Below, one piece after another: positions 1-10,538 of a stretch of 64,000 nt of DNA (position 1 is its first letter; every line of letters begins with the position of its first letter). Under the pieces are notes generated by a model that saw only the letters and a list, made by a program, of their open reading frames with translations, ran no database searches and was not told the DNA's origin. The translations under genes were made by a program, and so were the position numbers. This stretch comes from an uncultured Chloroflexia bacterium (GTDB taxonomy: Bacteria; Chloroflexota; Limnocylindria; Limnocylindrales; CSP1-4): NCBI GenBank assembly GCA_963791725.1, contig CAWBTQ010000003.1:10516-74515 (forward strand). Direction: 5' to 3'.

Positions 1-2
1 CA

Positions 3-2993
3 GTGGCCCGGCCGACGAGGGATTCGCCAGCCGGGCCATTGGGATCGAGCCCGGGACATCGGGGATGTACTCGGTTAGCCTCAGCCCCGGTGGACAGAGC
101 ATCGTCGGCCGTGCCAGAGCCCGCGCTTCGGACGTACGCACCAGCTGCGCCCCAGGTGCCGCTCGGCCGCGATGCCGAACTGGAAGCGATCGACGCTTTC
201 TTGTCGGCCGTCGAAGAAGCCTCAGCACCGGCCGCACTGATCCTGCTCGGTGACGCGGGAATCGGTAAGACGATCCTGTTGCGGACGGCTTCGACCCGGG
301 CTGCGGAGCGTGGCTGGCAGATCCTCCGTGCGGCCCCTGCCCAGGCTGAGGGCGAGCTGGCGTACGCGGCGCTGGCAGACCTCCTCCGCGAGGTCGACCA
401 GGCGGTTGACGCTGAACTCCCGGAGCCCCAGCGTCAGGCGCTCGTGGTCGCCCGTTCGGGAGCGGCGCCGACCCAAGGATCGATCGCACCGGGCACAGTG
501 GCCGCAGCTCTGCTCGGGATCGTCCGGCGCCTTGCGGACGCTGGCGCCTTGCTCGTAGTCGTCGACGACGTCCAGTGGCTGGATACGGCCACGCGATCGG
601 CCCTCGCCTACACCTTGCGGCGATGCGAAGGGCTCCCGGTCGGCATCCTGGCGAGCCTCCGCGGCGACGCCGACGAGCCGACGCCGCTCGGCCTTGAGCG
701 CGCACTCGATCCGAGCAGACTCGAACGTATCCGGGTCGGCCCGGTCAGCGTGGGCGCTCTCTTCCAGCTGTTGCGGACGCGCCTGGGGCATGCCTTCGCG
801 CGGCCGGCGCTGATGCGGATCGCCGAATGGTCCGGCGGCAATCCACTCTTCGCTCTGGAGATCGGACGGGCGATCCTCGAGTCGGGGAGGTCGCTGCAGC
901 CGGGTGAACCACCCCCGGTCAATCGGGGTCTGTCGAGAGCGCTCGGTGACCGGATACGGGGCCTGCCGAGCGACGTACGACGCACGCTGCTGCTCGCCGC
1001 CCTGGCAACACGACCGACGCTGGCGCTCCTGGAGGCGACGGGCAATTCCCTCGGCTGGGCCGTGCTGCTGCCTGATGACCCGTCCCTGATCTGCGAGCGA
1101 GTGCCAACGATCACCTTCGCCCACCCGCTTCTTCGGGCCGAGGCAGCAGGGATCGCCCCGGCGGACGATCGACGCGCGGCCCATCGGGCGCTCGCGGACC
1201 TGGCCGTCGATCCCGAGGAACGGGCGCGACACCTTGCCCTGGCGGCGACCGGACCAGACGCGGGGGTTGCCGAAGTACTCGAGAGGGCTGCCCGCGACGC
1301 TCGAGGTCGTGGAGCGCCGGAGGCCGCGGCCGAGCTGCTCGAACTGGCCTGCCGGTCGACCCCACCGGGCGCGGCGGAGGCGCTGACCTCCCGGCGTGTC
1401 GAACTCGCCGGGCTGGTGGCGCGGGCCGGGGATGGCACGCGTGCACGGTCGCTCTTGCGAGTGGCGGCCGCCGAGGCGGCACCCGGTCCGAGCCGGGCGT
1501 GTGCGCTCGCGGATCTGGCGCGGCTCGTCGTCCAGACAGACGGACCCGCGGCGGCCGTCGCCACATGCCGGACCGCCGCGGAAGAGGCCGACGGCGATGT
1601 TCGGGTACGGGCGGCTGTCGAGCTTGCCTGGTCGGCGGTCGCGCCCGACGCGGTCGAGCAACTCGAACACGCCCGCGCGGCGCTGACGCTGCTCGAAGAC
1701 GGCCCACCCGCACTACGCTCCGGCGCACTCGCGAGCGTGGCGCTCGCGGAGGCGAGCCTGGGCCGCGCCGTCCCCTGGACTCTGCTCGACGAGGCGATCG
1801 CGCTCGAGGCGTCCGATCCGCCCGAGAGGGTCACCGACTGGGCCGAAGCCAGCCGCGCCTGGCTGCGTTACATGGGCGACGACTTCGAACCTGCGCACCG
1901 GGCGTATGAGCGCCTGCGTCGAGTGGCGCTGGCGATGGGCGACGAGAGCTCACTGGCCAAGTTCTCGATCGAGCTCGCCCAGATTGACCTGCGCGTCGGG
2001 CGCTGGGATGAGCTGGCCGAACACGCTGCCGAGGCCATGACGATCGCCGAGCGCAACGACCGAGAGCGGGACCGGATCATGGCCGTCATCCAACTCGGCG
2101 CCGTAGCCGCGGCCAGGGGCGATGCACGCGAGGCAACCCAGCACCTCGACGAGGCGGGGCGGTTCGCGATGCGCACCGGTGAACCGTTCGTGGCCGGCAT
2201 CGTGGCGGGGAATCGTGGCGCTCTGGCGCTCGCCCTCGGCAACGCCGCAGAAGCGGAGGGTCATTTCCGGGAGTTGGATGGCACGTTCGGCCGGGCGCAT
2301 CTGGGCGATCCCGCACTGTCCCGGTACCAGGGCGACCAGCTCGAGGCACTCATCGAGCTGCGACAGATGGACCGGGCTCGCGCCCTTGCAGACGAGATCG
2401 AGGCGCGGGCCAGGCCGGCCGGCCGGCGACGGGCGATGGCGTTTGTCGCCCGGGGCCGCGGGCTGATGGCCGCGGCAGCGGGCGACCTCGAATCGGCCCT
2501 CGAGGCCACCGCTCGCTCTTATGACGAGCTGAGCGCCCTTGGGCTCCGATTCCAGGCGGCCCGAAGCCTCCTTGTGCGGGGCATGATCCACCGCCGGCGA
2601 CGAGAGAAACGCCTCGCCCACGACGACCTGGGCGCGGCCCTCGCGACCTTCGAAGAGCTTCGAGCCGTGGCCTGGAGCGCCCGCGCACGGAAGGAGCTCG
2701 GTCGCATCGGCCTTCGCCCCCGCGCATCCGACGTGTTGACCGAGACGGAGCGAACCGTGGCGCGGCTGGCCGCAGAAGGACGAACGAGTCGCGAGATCGC
2801 CTCCCTTGCCTTCATGAGTCCGCGCACAGTTGAAGGCGTGCTCGGCCGTGTCTACCTCAAGCTCGGCGTCGCCTCTCGCGCCGAGCTGGGACGTGCGATG
2901 GCCGTCGCTATGGCCGGCGATGCGGTCCGCCAGTACCGCGGGCAGTCGACTCCGTCACTGCTCGACCCGGCCGACCACCACCACCTCGCATAG
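3..2993 (+). CDS. LuxR-family transcriptional regulator with N-terminal P-loop NTPase domain (LAL/MalT-like); 5' end may lie outside the window
   Basis: 996-aa ORF. Walker A GDAGIGKT and Walker B-like LLVVVDDVQWLD near the N-terminus. Long helical/TPR-like middle. C-terminal LuxR HTH (TETERTVARLAAEGRTSREIASLAFMSPRTVEGVLGRVYLKLGV). The ORF opens at nt 3 with no upstream stop. Confidence 0.85.
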   Translation: MARPTRDSPAGPLGSSPGHRGCTRLASAPVDRASSAVPEPALRTYAPAAPQVPLGRDAELEAIDAFLSAVEEASAPAALILLGDAGIGKTILLRTASTRAAERGWQILRAAPAQAEGELAYAALADLLREVDQAVDAELPEPQRQALVVARSGAAPTQGSIAPGTVAAALLGIVRRLADAGALLVVVDDVQWLDTATRSALAYTLRRCEGLPVGILASLRGDADEPTPLGLERALDPSRLERIRVGPVSVGALFQLLRTRLGHAFARPALMRIAEWSGGNPLFALEIGRAILESGRSLQPGEPPPVNRGLSRALGDRIRGLPSDVRRTLLLAALATRPTLALLEATGNSLGWAVLLPDDPSLICERVPTITFAHPLLRAEAAGIAPADDRRAAHRALADLAVDPEERARHLALAATGPDAGVAEVLERAARDARGRGAPEAAAELLELACRSTPPGAAEALTSRRVELAGLVARAGDGTRARSLLRVAAAEAAPGPSRACALADLARLVVQTDGPAAAVATCRTAAEEADGDVRVRAAVELAWSAVAPDAVEQLEHARAALTLLEDGPPALRSGALASVALAEASLGRAVPWTLLDEAIALEASDPPERVTDWAEASRAWLRYMGDDFEPAHRAYERLRRVALAMGDESSLAKFSIELAQIDLRVGRWDELAEHAAEAMTIAERNDRERDRIMAVIQLGAVAAARGDAREATQHLDEAGRFAMRTGEPFVAGIVAGNRGALALALGNAAEAEGHFRELDGTFGRAHLGDPALSRYQGDQLEALIELRQMDRARALADEIEARARPAGRRRAMAFVARGRGLMAAAAGDLESALEATARSYDELSALGLRFQAARSLLVRGMIHRRRREKRLAHDDLGAALATFEELRAVAWSARARKELGRIGLRPRASDVLTETERTVARLAAEGRTSREIASLAFMSPRTVEGVLGRVYLKLGVASRAELGRAMAVAMAGDAVRQYRGQSTPSLLDPADHHHLA

Positions 2994-3072
2994 CGGGTAT
3001 CGCCACCCGCTGCGTCTCAGATCGCGTAATCCCCCGCTTACGTAGGACAGCTGCGCCGTCCACTCTCGGGCC

Positions 3073-3477
3073 ATGTCGCGAGCGTCCCACCGACTCGACC
3101 CCGATCCAGCCGCCCGGTATGTCGCCGAGCGGTACTGGCCCGGCCTCAACCTGGAACGTCTCGAGGGCGGCGAGGTCCTGCTCCGTCGGGCAGCTGCGGC
3201 GATGGCCCGGGAGGGCCGAGCCGTCCGCTACCTCGGAACCACCTTCATCGCGGCCGAGGAGGCCGCGTTCGCGGTGTTCGAGGCCTCCGACCCCGCTTGG
3301 GTCGAGGAGGTGAACCAGCGGGCTGGTCAACCGTTCGATCGGATCGTGCCAGTCATAGACCTGCGGGAATCGGAGCGGCTGAAGCTGCTGCCGCTTTCCA
3401 GGTCTGGCCAGCTGGCTCGAAGGAAACAGATAGGGACCCGTTCGTCGGGCCCGAGAGAACCAAGGAGGTCACCATGA
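3073..3477 (+). CDS. hypothetical protein (small, cytoplasmic)
   Basis: 134-aa ORF. The first ~100 aa look protein-like (ERYWPGLNLERLEGG...AAEEAAFAVFEASDPAWVEEVNQRAG). The C-terminal tail is low-complexity. The last codons overlap the SD and start of the next gene. Confidence 0.4.
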   Translation: MSRASHRLDPDPAARYVAERYWPGLNLERLEGGEVLLRRAAAAMAREGRAVRYLGTTFIAAEEAAFAVFEASDPAWVEEVNQRAGQPFDRIVPVIDLRESERLKLLPLSRSGQLARRKQIGTRSSGPREPRRSP

Positions 3478-4028
3478 TCAGGTCACCGTTGCGCTTGTCC
3501 GCGCTGGTTGCCGCGGTCTCCCTGCTGTTCGTGTCCGCGCCGGTCGCGATGGCCAAGCAGAGCGGCGAGACCGTCTGGGCGAACGGGCAGGAGTGGACGA
3601 TGATCGCGCCCCACGCGATCACGGATCCCAACCCGAACATTCTCGCGAAAGCCCCGCCCCTATACGTCCTGGCCTTCCCCTCGAACGGCCATGGAGGCTG
3701 GATCCTGCCCACCAATTACAGCCCGCAGTGCGACCCGTGCCTGGGCGTTCCTGTGCCCCCGTATCACGATCACCTGCTGACCGGCGCCCCGGGCTTCGGC
3801 ACCAACGGCACGGCCGGCGATTATGAGAGCCCGTGGCGAGTGGTGCTCATGATGTACAACCCCGCCTACGTTCTCGGCGGCGACTTCGTCCCGGTGACGC
3901 GTGACGAAGACCTGGCAGGGGCGATCGCCCATGGCGAGTTCCTCCCCTTCGGGCCGAACGGCGCCTACGAAGTGCCTCTCCCGGTGGTCCTCATCTGTCC
4001 TCTCGTATCACTGAACGCGGCCGGCTAG
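3474..4028 (+). CDS. secreted hypothetical protein
   Basis: ATG at 3474 follows AAGGAGG at 3462-3468. Signal peptide MIRSPLRLSALVAAVSLLFVSAPVAMA. The ORF-track entry 3297..4028 is a 5' over-extension. Confidence 0.6.
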   Translation: MIRSPLRLSALVAAVSLLFVSAPVAMAKQSGETVWANGQEWTMIAPHAITDPNPNILAKAPPLYVLAFPSNGHGGWILPTNYSPQCDPCLGVPVPPYHDHLLTGAPGFGTNGTAGDYESPWRVVLMMYNPAYVLGGDFVPVTRDEDLAGAIAHGEFLPFGPNGAYEVPLPVVLICPLVSLNAAG

Positions 4029-4075
4029 GGCCGCCGATACCGATCCGACAATTCGCCCAACGACTGGAGGAAACG

Positions 4076-4642
4076 ATGTCGCCACGATCCAAACGCCGAC
4101 GCGCGAGCCTCGCCGCCCTGGCCGTGGCGGCCCTCGCCGTCGCTGCCTGCTCGAACGGTGGTGGCTCGAGCGCCGCCACCGTTTCGGCCGGGCTCGAGAC
4201 AAGCTCGACCGCAACGGGCGCCTTCACCGGCGAGGTGTCTGCCGGCGCCGCGATCGAGGTCTGCGCCCTCCTGCCGGTCGACCAGGTTGCCACGATCACG
4301 AAGACATCGGTCTCCGCCAGCACGTCGAGGACGAAGGGCCTCGCCAACGACTCTGGCTGCACATACAGCACGAGCGCCGGCGTGGTGGTGATCGATGTCG
4401 TCACCCCGGGCGGCGCCGCGGACTACGCAGCGCAGCTGGCCCACGCCGGAACCAACTCCGTGAGTTTCCCTAACTTAGGGGACAAGGCGTTCCAGGACGC
4501 CACAGACGGAACCGGCCTTGTCGCGCTATTCGGCGACACCGAATTCGACGTCTATGCGCAGGACCGGACCAACACGCTCACTCAGGACCAGGAGAATGCC
4601 TTAGAGGCGTCCCTGATCACCGCCCTGAAGGCCAAGCTTTGA
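4076..4642 (+). CDS. hypothetical lipoprotein
   Basis: Signal peptide with lipobox (LAVAAC-S). 188 aa. Stop overlaps the next start (ATGA-type coupling at 4639-4642). Confidence 0.6.
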   Translation: MSPRSKRRRASLAALAVAALAVAACSNGGGSSAATVSAGLETSSTATGAFTGEVSAGAAIEVCALLPVDQVATITKTSVSASTSRTKGLANDSGCTYSTSAGVVVIDVVTPGGAADYAAQLAHAGTNSVSFPNLGDKAFQDATDGTGLVALFGDTEFDVYAQDRTNTLTQDQENALEASLITALKAKL

Positions 4643-6765
4643 GCCCCCGCGGTCAATCGCGCATCTTGACCGTCACGGGCCTGACGCGCGCCGCTGTTGC
4701 GTCGCTGGTCGGAGCGCTGCTGCTTGCTGGCTGCGCCGGGCCCTCGAACTCGCCGTCTGCCAACGGATCGGCGCCCAGCCAGCTCGTGTCGCCGGCGATA
4801 GTCGACCACTCGCCGCCCATCGGCGCCACAGCCGCCGTAGACGACGCCGCCTGGTCGTTGGCGGATCGTCTGACACAGCCCACATACACGAGGGACGCGA
4901 CGGCCGCGCTGGTGGCGGGGCTGGCCCGTTCTGGCATCCCCACGTATGTAGACCCGAGCGCGGCCGTCCCAGAAGTGCCCGTGGTCGGCCCCGTTAGTCC
5001 GTTGCAGGTGCTCGACATGCAGGCCCACGCGCTCGCCGTGGGGGCCTGGGCTGGCAGCACCTTCAGCGGCTCCGAGCTCGACGCCGTCGTGCCGCTACCC
5101 GACGCCCTGACCGGGATGGCACCCACGTCCGCCCTTCTCGCCGGCTACGTGGCCGCCGCCGACTCTCCGGGCGGTGCTTTGTCGCGCGCTCTGATGGCCG
5201 GCCAGGACCTTCTCCACCCCGCGACGCTGCGGTTTCCCGCGCTCGTGCTCGTCCTGTTCGCCTCGGATCTGACGACCGATGGCGGGCGACTCGGCGCGCC
5301 GAGCCCGCGCCCGAGCGGCACAAACGCCGCCCTCGCTCCAGCGCGTCTGCTTGCCTTCACGCGTGGCGGGCCAGCCGTTGCTGGCGAACCGGCAATCGCC
5401 ATCGATACCCTCTGCTCGGACGGCGCGAACTGGGTCCAAAGCATGCTTGGGCGATTCTTCAATGCGCTCAAGCTGGCCACGCCGAACAACCTGCCCGGGG
5501 CCATCGTCACCTCCATCTGGAACTGGGTGGTTGACAGGCTCCAAGGGGTGGTTCAGGGCCTCGTAAGCAGCGTCACCGACGCGGTCCTGGGCACCGTCCG
5601 CAGCATCGCCGGGACCATCGCCGCCGTGGCAGAGCAGATCTCCTCATTGTTGCCGTACGCGGTCAAGGTCTCGGCCAGCCATACCAGCGGGCCCGGTGGG
5701 GCGACGTTCGTCCTGCAGACGACGAGCGCGCAGTCTGGCGCGTTCACGGCAGCGGTCAGCGCCGGTGACCTGCCGACCTGGCCGCCCATGCTTCAGAACT
5801 GTGCGAGCACTCTGCAGGTGTCCTTGCCCAACTTCCAGGCCCACGGCGTGCCCCTGACCTGGGGGCCGCTTGTGGCGCCTACAGCCCCTTTGCTTTCGCC
5901 CCTCGACAGCGACCGTACGAACGACCTGACCGACGCACAGGGCCAGGCCAGCTGGCTTTTCCTCGCCGCCCGCGATCCCGGCGATCCGACGGGCGAACGG
6001 CGCAGCCAGCTCGACATTATGCCGGTGGCCGTTCATCGTCCGGAGCTAGACGAGGCCCGCTCACGGCTGACCACAGCCCTCCTGGGCTTCATCCCGAGCC
6101 TGTTGCGACCTTTCGTCGCGTCTCTCTTCGCGCCGTACATCGATGGCCTGCAGTCTCGCCTCAACACGCTACTCGATGCTCGTGGTACCGGCGTCGCGGC
6201 GCTCGTCTATCACGCCAAGGCCGCACCCACGCCGTCATCGTCGACAAGTCCCGGACCGTCGGGAGCCTGCAGCCCAAACCCCGTTTCGCCGGGCTCATAC
6301 AGCGGCACTTTCACGCTCGCGTCGACGACAATCGTGTCGGCGCCTGACGGAACCCGGACATCGGTTACCACCGACAATGGCACCGGCCCCTTTAGCGTGA
6401 CCGCGTCGTCCGGGGGCTTGCTCGCGGGGACGTTCCAATACGAAACGCACAGCGATGAGGTAATAGACGCGGGCCCGGCCGTCGATGAGCAGGTCTCGAC
6501 GATGACGATGAGCGGCTCCACGGTGGGCGGCACGGCCTGCAACATGGTCCTGGCTTTCGGCACTTCGGTGACCACGAGCTGCCACGACCAGGTCTTTGGG
6601 GACTGCTCCGGCGGCTCGATTTCGCTGGCTGGGGACAGACTCTCGATCGGGCCGCCGACCTCGGTGGCAGGCGGCCACATCACCTGGGTTTTCCATAACG
6701 AAACGAAGGTCGCCGGGAGCGTCGACGTCACGACAACGATCACAGTGAGCGTGAGCGGGCCGTAG
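4639..6765 (+). CDS. large exported lipoprotein of unknown function
   Basis: 708 aa. Lipobox LLLAGC-A. Ser/Thr/Gly-rich C-terminal beta-rich region. No recognisable catalytic motif. Confidence 0.6.
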   Translation: MSPRGQSRILTVTGLTRAAVASLVGALLLAGCAGPSNSPSANGSAPSQLVSPAIVDHSPPIGATAAVDDAAWSLADRLTQPTYTRDATAALVAGLARSGIPTYVDPSAAVPEVPVVGPVSPLQVLDMQAHALAVGAWAGSTFSGSELDAVVPLPDALTGMAPTSALLAGYVAAADSPGGALSRALMAGQDLLHPATLRFPALVLVLFASDLTTDGGRLGAPSPRPSGTNAALAPARLLAFTRGGPAVAGEPAIAIDTLCSDGANWVQSMLGRFFNALKLATPNNLPGAIVTSIWNWVVDRLQGVVQGLVSSVTDAVLGTVRSIAGTIAAVAEQISSLLPYAVKVSASHTSGPGGATFVLQTTSAQSGAFTAAVSAGDLPTWPPMLQNCASTLQVSLPNFQAHGVPLTWGPLVAPTAPLLSPLDSDRTNDLTDAQGQASWLFLAARDPGDPTGERRSQLDIMPVAVHRPELDEARSRLTTALLGFIPSLLRPFVASLFAPYIDGLQSRLNTLLDARGTGVAALVYHAKAAPTPSSSTSPGPSGACSPNPVSPGSYSGTFTLASTTIVSAPDGTRTSVTTDNGTGPFSVTASSGGLLAGTFQYETHSDEVIDAGPAVDEQVSTMTMSGSTVGGTACNMVLAFGTSVTTSCHDQVFGDCSGGSISLAGDRLSIGPPTSVAGGHITWVFHNETKVAGSVDVTTTITVSVSGP

Positions 6766-6788
6766 AGCCCTCCGTAGCCCCCTGTGAG

Positions 6789-7595
6789 CTACGCCCCCGA
6801 GATGTCGCGTCGGGCGATCGCGAACACCCCGATCCCCGCAAGGATGACCGAAGGGACCGCCAGGGCGGCGTAGCGCCACGGGTCCGTTGCCTGTTCGAGA
6901 GGGTTCCCGCCGAACGCCCAATCCCAGGGCGATATCTGCTGCCACGGCGCAAGCACATTGCTCAGCGGGAACAAAGAGTTGACGATCAACCCGGCAAAAG
7001 CCACACCGAGGCCGATTGCCAGCACCAGCGAAGGGCGCCCTCGCAAGCCGGCAATCGCAACCGCCAGGCTCCCGTGGAACGCGGCGAGGAGGCCGGACAG
7101 CACGATCGTGGACAAAACAAACCCTGTGCCGATCTTCAGGTCGAAGGCTGCGTCGCTGCCCAGCTGGGCCAGGATCACCACGACCAGGATCACGGCCAGG
7201 GCGATCAGGGCGGCGACCGCTCGACCGACCAGGACCGCTCGTCGAGAGACGGGCTGGGCAAGGTACAGCTCGAGGCGGCCGCTCGCTTCTTCGCCGGCAG
7301 TCTGCCCGTTCACGAACAGGACCGCCGCAACCGCGAGCAGCAGTGGCACGAAGAAGTCATAGAGATTGCCTCGCAAGAACCCGGCCGGAGTGCCGAAGTC
7401 TTGCAGCCCGAATGCCTGGACGACCCCAGAGGGCAGCTGATCCATCGCCGAAGAGATGGCCGACGATCCCTTGAACGCGGGCCAGACCGCGATCGTGCCC
7501 GCGATCAAAGCCGCGAGCCCGAGCGACCACCAGAGCGTCGCCCGTCGCATGGCGCGCAGCGGGCCGCCGACGAGTTCGAGGATCCGTGCGCTCAT
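6789..7595 (-). CDS. ABC-2 family transporter permease
   Basis: 268 aa. About 6 predicted TM helices. The start overlaps the upstream ATPase stop by 4 nt (7592-7595). Confidence 0.8.
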   Translation of the reverse strand: MSARILELVGGPLRAMRRATLWWSLGLAALIAGTIAVWPAFKGSSAISSAMDQLPSGVVQAFGLQDFGTPAGFLRGNLYDFFVPLLLAVAAVLFVNGQTAGEEASGRLELYLAQPVSRRAVLVGRAVAALIALAVILVVVILAQLGSDAAFDLKIGTGFVLSTIVLSGLLAAFHGSLAVAIAGLRGRPSLVLAIGLGVAFAGLIVNSLFPLSNVLAPWQQISPWDWAFGGNPLEQATDPWRYAALAVPSVILAGIGVFAIARRDISGA

Positions 7596-8494
7596 ACCCG
7601 CTCTCCATCGTACAGGTCGAGAAATGCCTCCTCCAGATCGGGCTCCTCTACCAGCATCGAACCGACTTGATGGCGCGCGAGCAGGCCGAGGAGCGGCTGG
7701 ATAGATCCCGAGAGGGTCGCGGTGAAGCGATGGTCCTCGACGACCGGATCGACCAGGTCGGGCAGGGCCTTGAGTTCAAGCTCGGGCGGATCGTCCTCGA
7801 ACCAGACCTCGACGCGCTGGCGAGCACGCCCGCGGAGCTCCGCGACGGTGCCCTGCGCCACGAGCTTGCCCGCGCGCAGGATGGCCACGCGATCCGCGGC
7901 TCGCTGGACCTCGCTCATGACATGCGAGGAGAGGAAGATCGTGGCGCCGGCCGCTCGTGCCTCGCGAACCAGCGCCAGGAACTCGCGCTGCATCAGCGGA
8001 TCGAGGCCGTTCGTCGGCTCATCGAGCACGATCAGCTCGGCATCGAAGAGGAACGCGAGCAGGAGCGCCATCTTGCGCCGGTTGCCGCTCGAGAGGTCGC
8101 GCAAATGGCGATGTAGATCGAGGCGGAGTCGCTCGGCGAGCCGGTCTCGACGAGCTGGATCGAAGCCACCCCGCAGGTGGCCGATGCTCGCCACGAGATC
8201 CAGGCCCGATAGCCGCTCGGGCAGCCTCAGCTCGCCGGGCACGTACGTGAGTCGGCGCCGCAGCGCCACTCCGTCGCGGGTCGCATCGAGGCCGAAGGCG
8301 CCGATTCTGCCGGCGGTGGGTCGCAACAGCCCGAGCAGGCAGCGGATCGTAGTGCTCTTGCCGGCGCCGTTGGGACCGAGAAAACCGAAGACCTCGCCTC
8401 GCGCGATCTTCAGGTCTATCCCGCGGACGGCCTCGACTTTGCCGTAATGCTTCACCAGGCCGTCGATCTCGAGGACCACGTCGGCCTTGACCAT
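7592..8494 (-). CDS. ABC transporter ATP-binding protein
   Basis: Walker A GPNGAGKST, ABC signature LSSGNRRK, Walker B LIVLDEPTNGLD. Likely start at MVKADVVLEIDG (8494). The ORF-track extension to 8605 looks like over-extension. Confidence 0.85.
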   Translation of the reverse strand: MVKADVVLEIDGLVKHYGKVEAVRGIDLKIARGEVFGFLGPNGAGKSTTIRCLLGLLRPTAGRIGAFGLDATRDGVALRRRLTYVPGELRLPERLSGLDLVASIGHLRGGFDPARRDRLAERLRLDLHRHLRDLSSGNRRKMALLLAFLFDAELIVLDEPTNGLDPLMQREFLALVREARAAGATIFLSSHVMSEVQRAADRVAILRAGKLVAQGTVAELRGRARQRVEVWFEDDPPELELKALPDLVDPVVEDHRFTATLSGSIQPLLGLLARHQVGSMLVEEPDLEEAFLDLYDGERV

Positions 8495-8601
8495 CAGGCC
8501 TCCGCCCGGTGGCGGCAACCTGGCTGGCCAGCAGTGCTGTCGAGCTGCTTCACGAGCCGCCGTAGCCGTGAAGACCGTGAGCCGATCACCGACCTCGAGG
8601 A

Positions 8602-10538
8602 TCACGTGGCCTCTTGGGACGATGACCTGTTCGCCGCGCGCGATCGAGACGAGGACGCTGTCACGCGGCCAGGCGGCCTGCGAGACGGGCTTGCCCGCGA
8701 GAACGGACGCCGGGGCCGATCTCGGCTTCTAGCAAGCGTGCCGGTCGAACCGACCATCTTGACCTGGCGCACGTTGGACGCCAGGGCTCGGCGATAGGCG
8801 GCCACCACGTCGCGCGCCGACAGCACGCCCGCCAGCCTGTCGTCGGCCACGACGGGCGCCCATGAACGATGCCCGTCCGCGAGCATGCCAAGCGCTCCGT
8901 CCAGCGTGTCGTTGGCAGCGATGATGGCCTCGTCCAAGGGGAGGTCTCCGACCTTGGCCGTCGGCTCGGCCGCCATCAGGGTTGCGAGGTCCACGCTTCC
9001 CCGGACGGTGCCGTTGCCATCGACCACCGGTGCGCCCGGCACTCCGGCGGCCTCGAGTCGGTCTATGGCGGCCGCCGCCGTGAGATCTCCGGAGAGAACG
9101 GCTCGGGCCGCCCGAGCGGCGTCGCCCGCTGGTATGGCCGACATGAGCGGCAGCGCGAACCGGAAGCGGTGTGCCGGCGACTCGGAACGATTCCGCAGTT
9201 GCGAGCCGTAGATGGAGCGATCGCCAACGATGAGCGTGGCCAGGCCGATCGCCAGCATCGCTGGGGCCAGCATGGCGAGACTGTCGGTCATCTCGGCGAC
9301 CATGAGCATCACTGCGAGCGGAGCCCGAGCGGTGCTGCCGAAGAGGGCCATCATCGCCACGATGACGAAGGCCGACGGATCGGCCGGAACCCCCGGCGCA
9401 ATCGGTTCCAGGAGCCGCCAGATGCCGGCTCCCAGCAGCGCCCCGATGAACATTCCGGGGCCGAAGATGCCGCCCGACCCGCCGGAGCCGATCGAGAGCG
9501 AGGTTGCGAGGATCTTCGCAAACGGCAAAGCCAGGATCACCCACAGAGGCAGGCTCAGAAGGGTGTTGCGATCGAAGCCAGCCTGAACCCAGCCGTAGCC
9601 GGTGCCGAGGACCCCTGGCAGCGCCAGGGCGAGACAGCCCACGGCGAAGCCGGCCACGGCCGGCCTCAGTTCGCGTGGCAGCGGCCAGGTCTTGAACCAG
9701 CGGGTCATGCCGTAGAAGCCGGCGATGTAGAGCCGGCCGACGATGCCGCAAGCCAGGCCGATAAGGGTGTAGTAGATCAGCTGGCGCGGGTCGGTGAAGC
9801 CGGCGCCGCCGGCGCGCCCGAAGATCGGGTTGAAGCCGATGATCGCCCCAAAGACCGAGAAGGCGACGATCGAGCCGACGAACGCCGGCACCAGGGCGTC
9901 CGACTCCACGTCGTCGCGATACGGAATCTCGACCGCCAGAACCGCGCCCCCGAGGGGCGCCCGGAAGATCGCCCCGATCCCCGCGCCCATCCCGGTGCTC
10001 ACGGCGATCCGGGCGTCCCGCGCGTCGAGGTCGAGGGTCCGGGCCAGGAACGACCCAAAGCCGGCGCCGATCTGAGCCGTTGGCCCTTCGCGGCCGCCGG
10101 AGCCGCCGGAGCCGATCGTTATGGCCGAAGCGACGAGCTTGACGAGGGGGATCCGCGCACGGATGCGCTCGCGGACCGTGGTGGAACGCCGCGATCGCCG
10201 CGTCTGTGCCGTGCCCTTCAGCCTCGGGAGCGAGCCGGAAGACGATGATGCCCGCGATCAGGCCGCCGAGTCCGACGACGATCGGCAGCATCCACGGGTC
10301 GAGCGGCGTCGGTGATGGGCTTGGCGCCTTCGCCGAGCGGTGACGCCGGGACGTAGCCGGCGAGCCCGAGGAAGAGCTGGGAGGCGACGTCCAGCGCCAT
10401 GAAGAACAGCGCTGCGCCCAGGCCGCTGATGACGCCGATTACCGCGCCGAGGACGATCCACTTGCGCAGGTATGCGGTCGAGCGGATGCGAAGTCTGATC
10501 ATCCGCAGCAGGAGATCGCGACGCTTCCGAAGGTTCAT
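8602..10538 (-). pseudogene. ClC-type chloride/proton antiporter with C-terminal CBS pair, interrupted by two 1-nt frameshifts (or sequencing errors)
   Basis: Three pieces in three frames. 10538-10314 carries TM1 (...FFMALDVASQLFLGLAGYVPASPLGEGAKPI). 10312-10169 carries PEAEGHGTDAAIAAFHHGPR. 10167-8602 carries IRARIPLVKLVASAITIGSGGSGGREGP...GIFGPGMFIGALLGAG plus a CBS pair. The frame changes lie near 10313 and 10168. Confidence 0.7.

Noticed and set aside
222-1834. Long antisense ORFs (482 and 408 aa) inside the LuxR-family regulator gene
   Set aside because: Arg/Ser/Ala/Pro low-complexity translations with no motifs. Typical stop-poor antisense frames of 70 % GC DNA.
3297-3473. 5' extension of the secreted protein ORF (track entry 3297..4028)
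   Set aside because: The signal peptide begins at the ATG at 3474, which has a strong AAGGAGG SD. The extension overlaps the upstream gene.
8869-10248. 459-aa plus-strand ORF antisense to ClC
   Set aside because: Low-complexity translation (runs of R, G, D, E). Overlaps a well-supported gene on the other strand.
8729-10291. 520-aa ORF overlapping the ClC gene
   Set aside because: Only its first ~40 codons (10291-10169) encode genuine ClC sequence (PEAEGHGTDAAIAAFHHG). The rest is an Arg/Gly/Pro-rich out-of-frame read. I treat it as frame B of the frameshifted ClC, not a gene.
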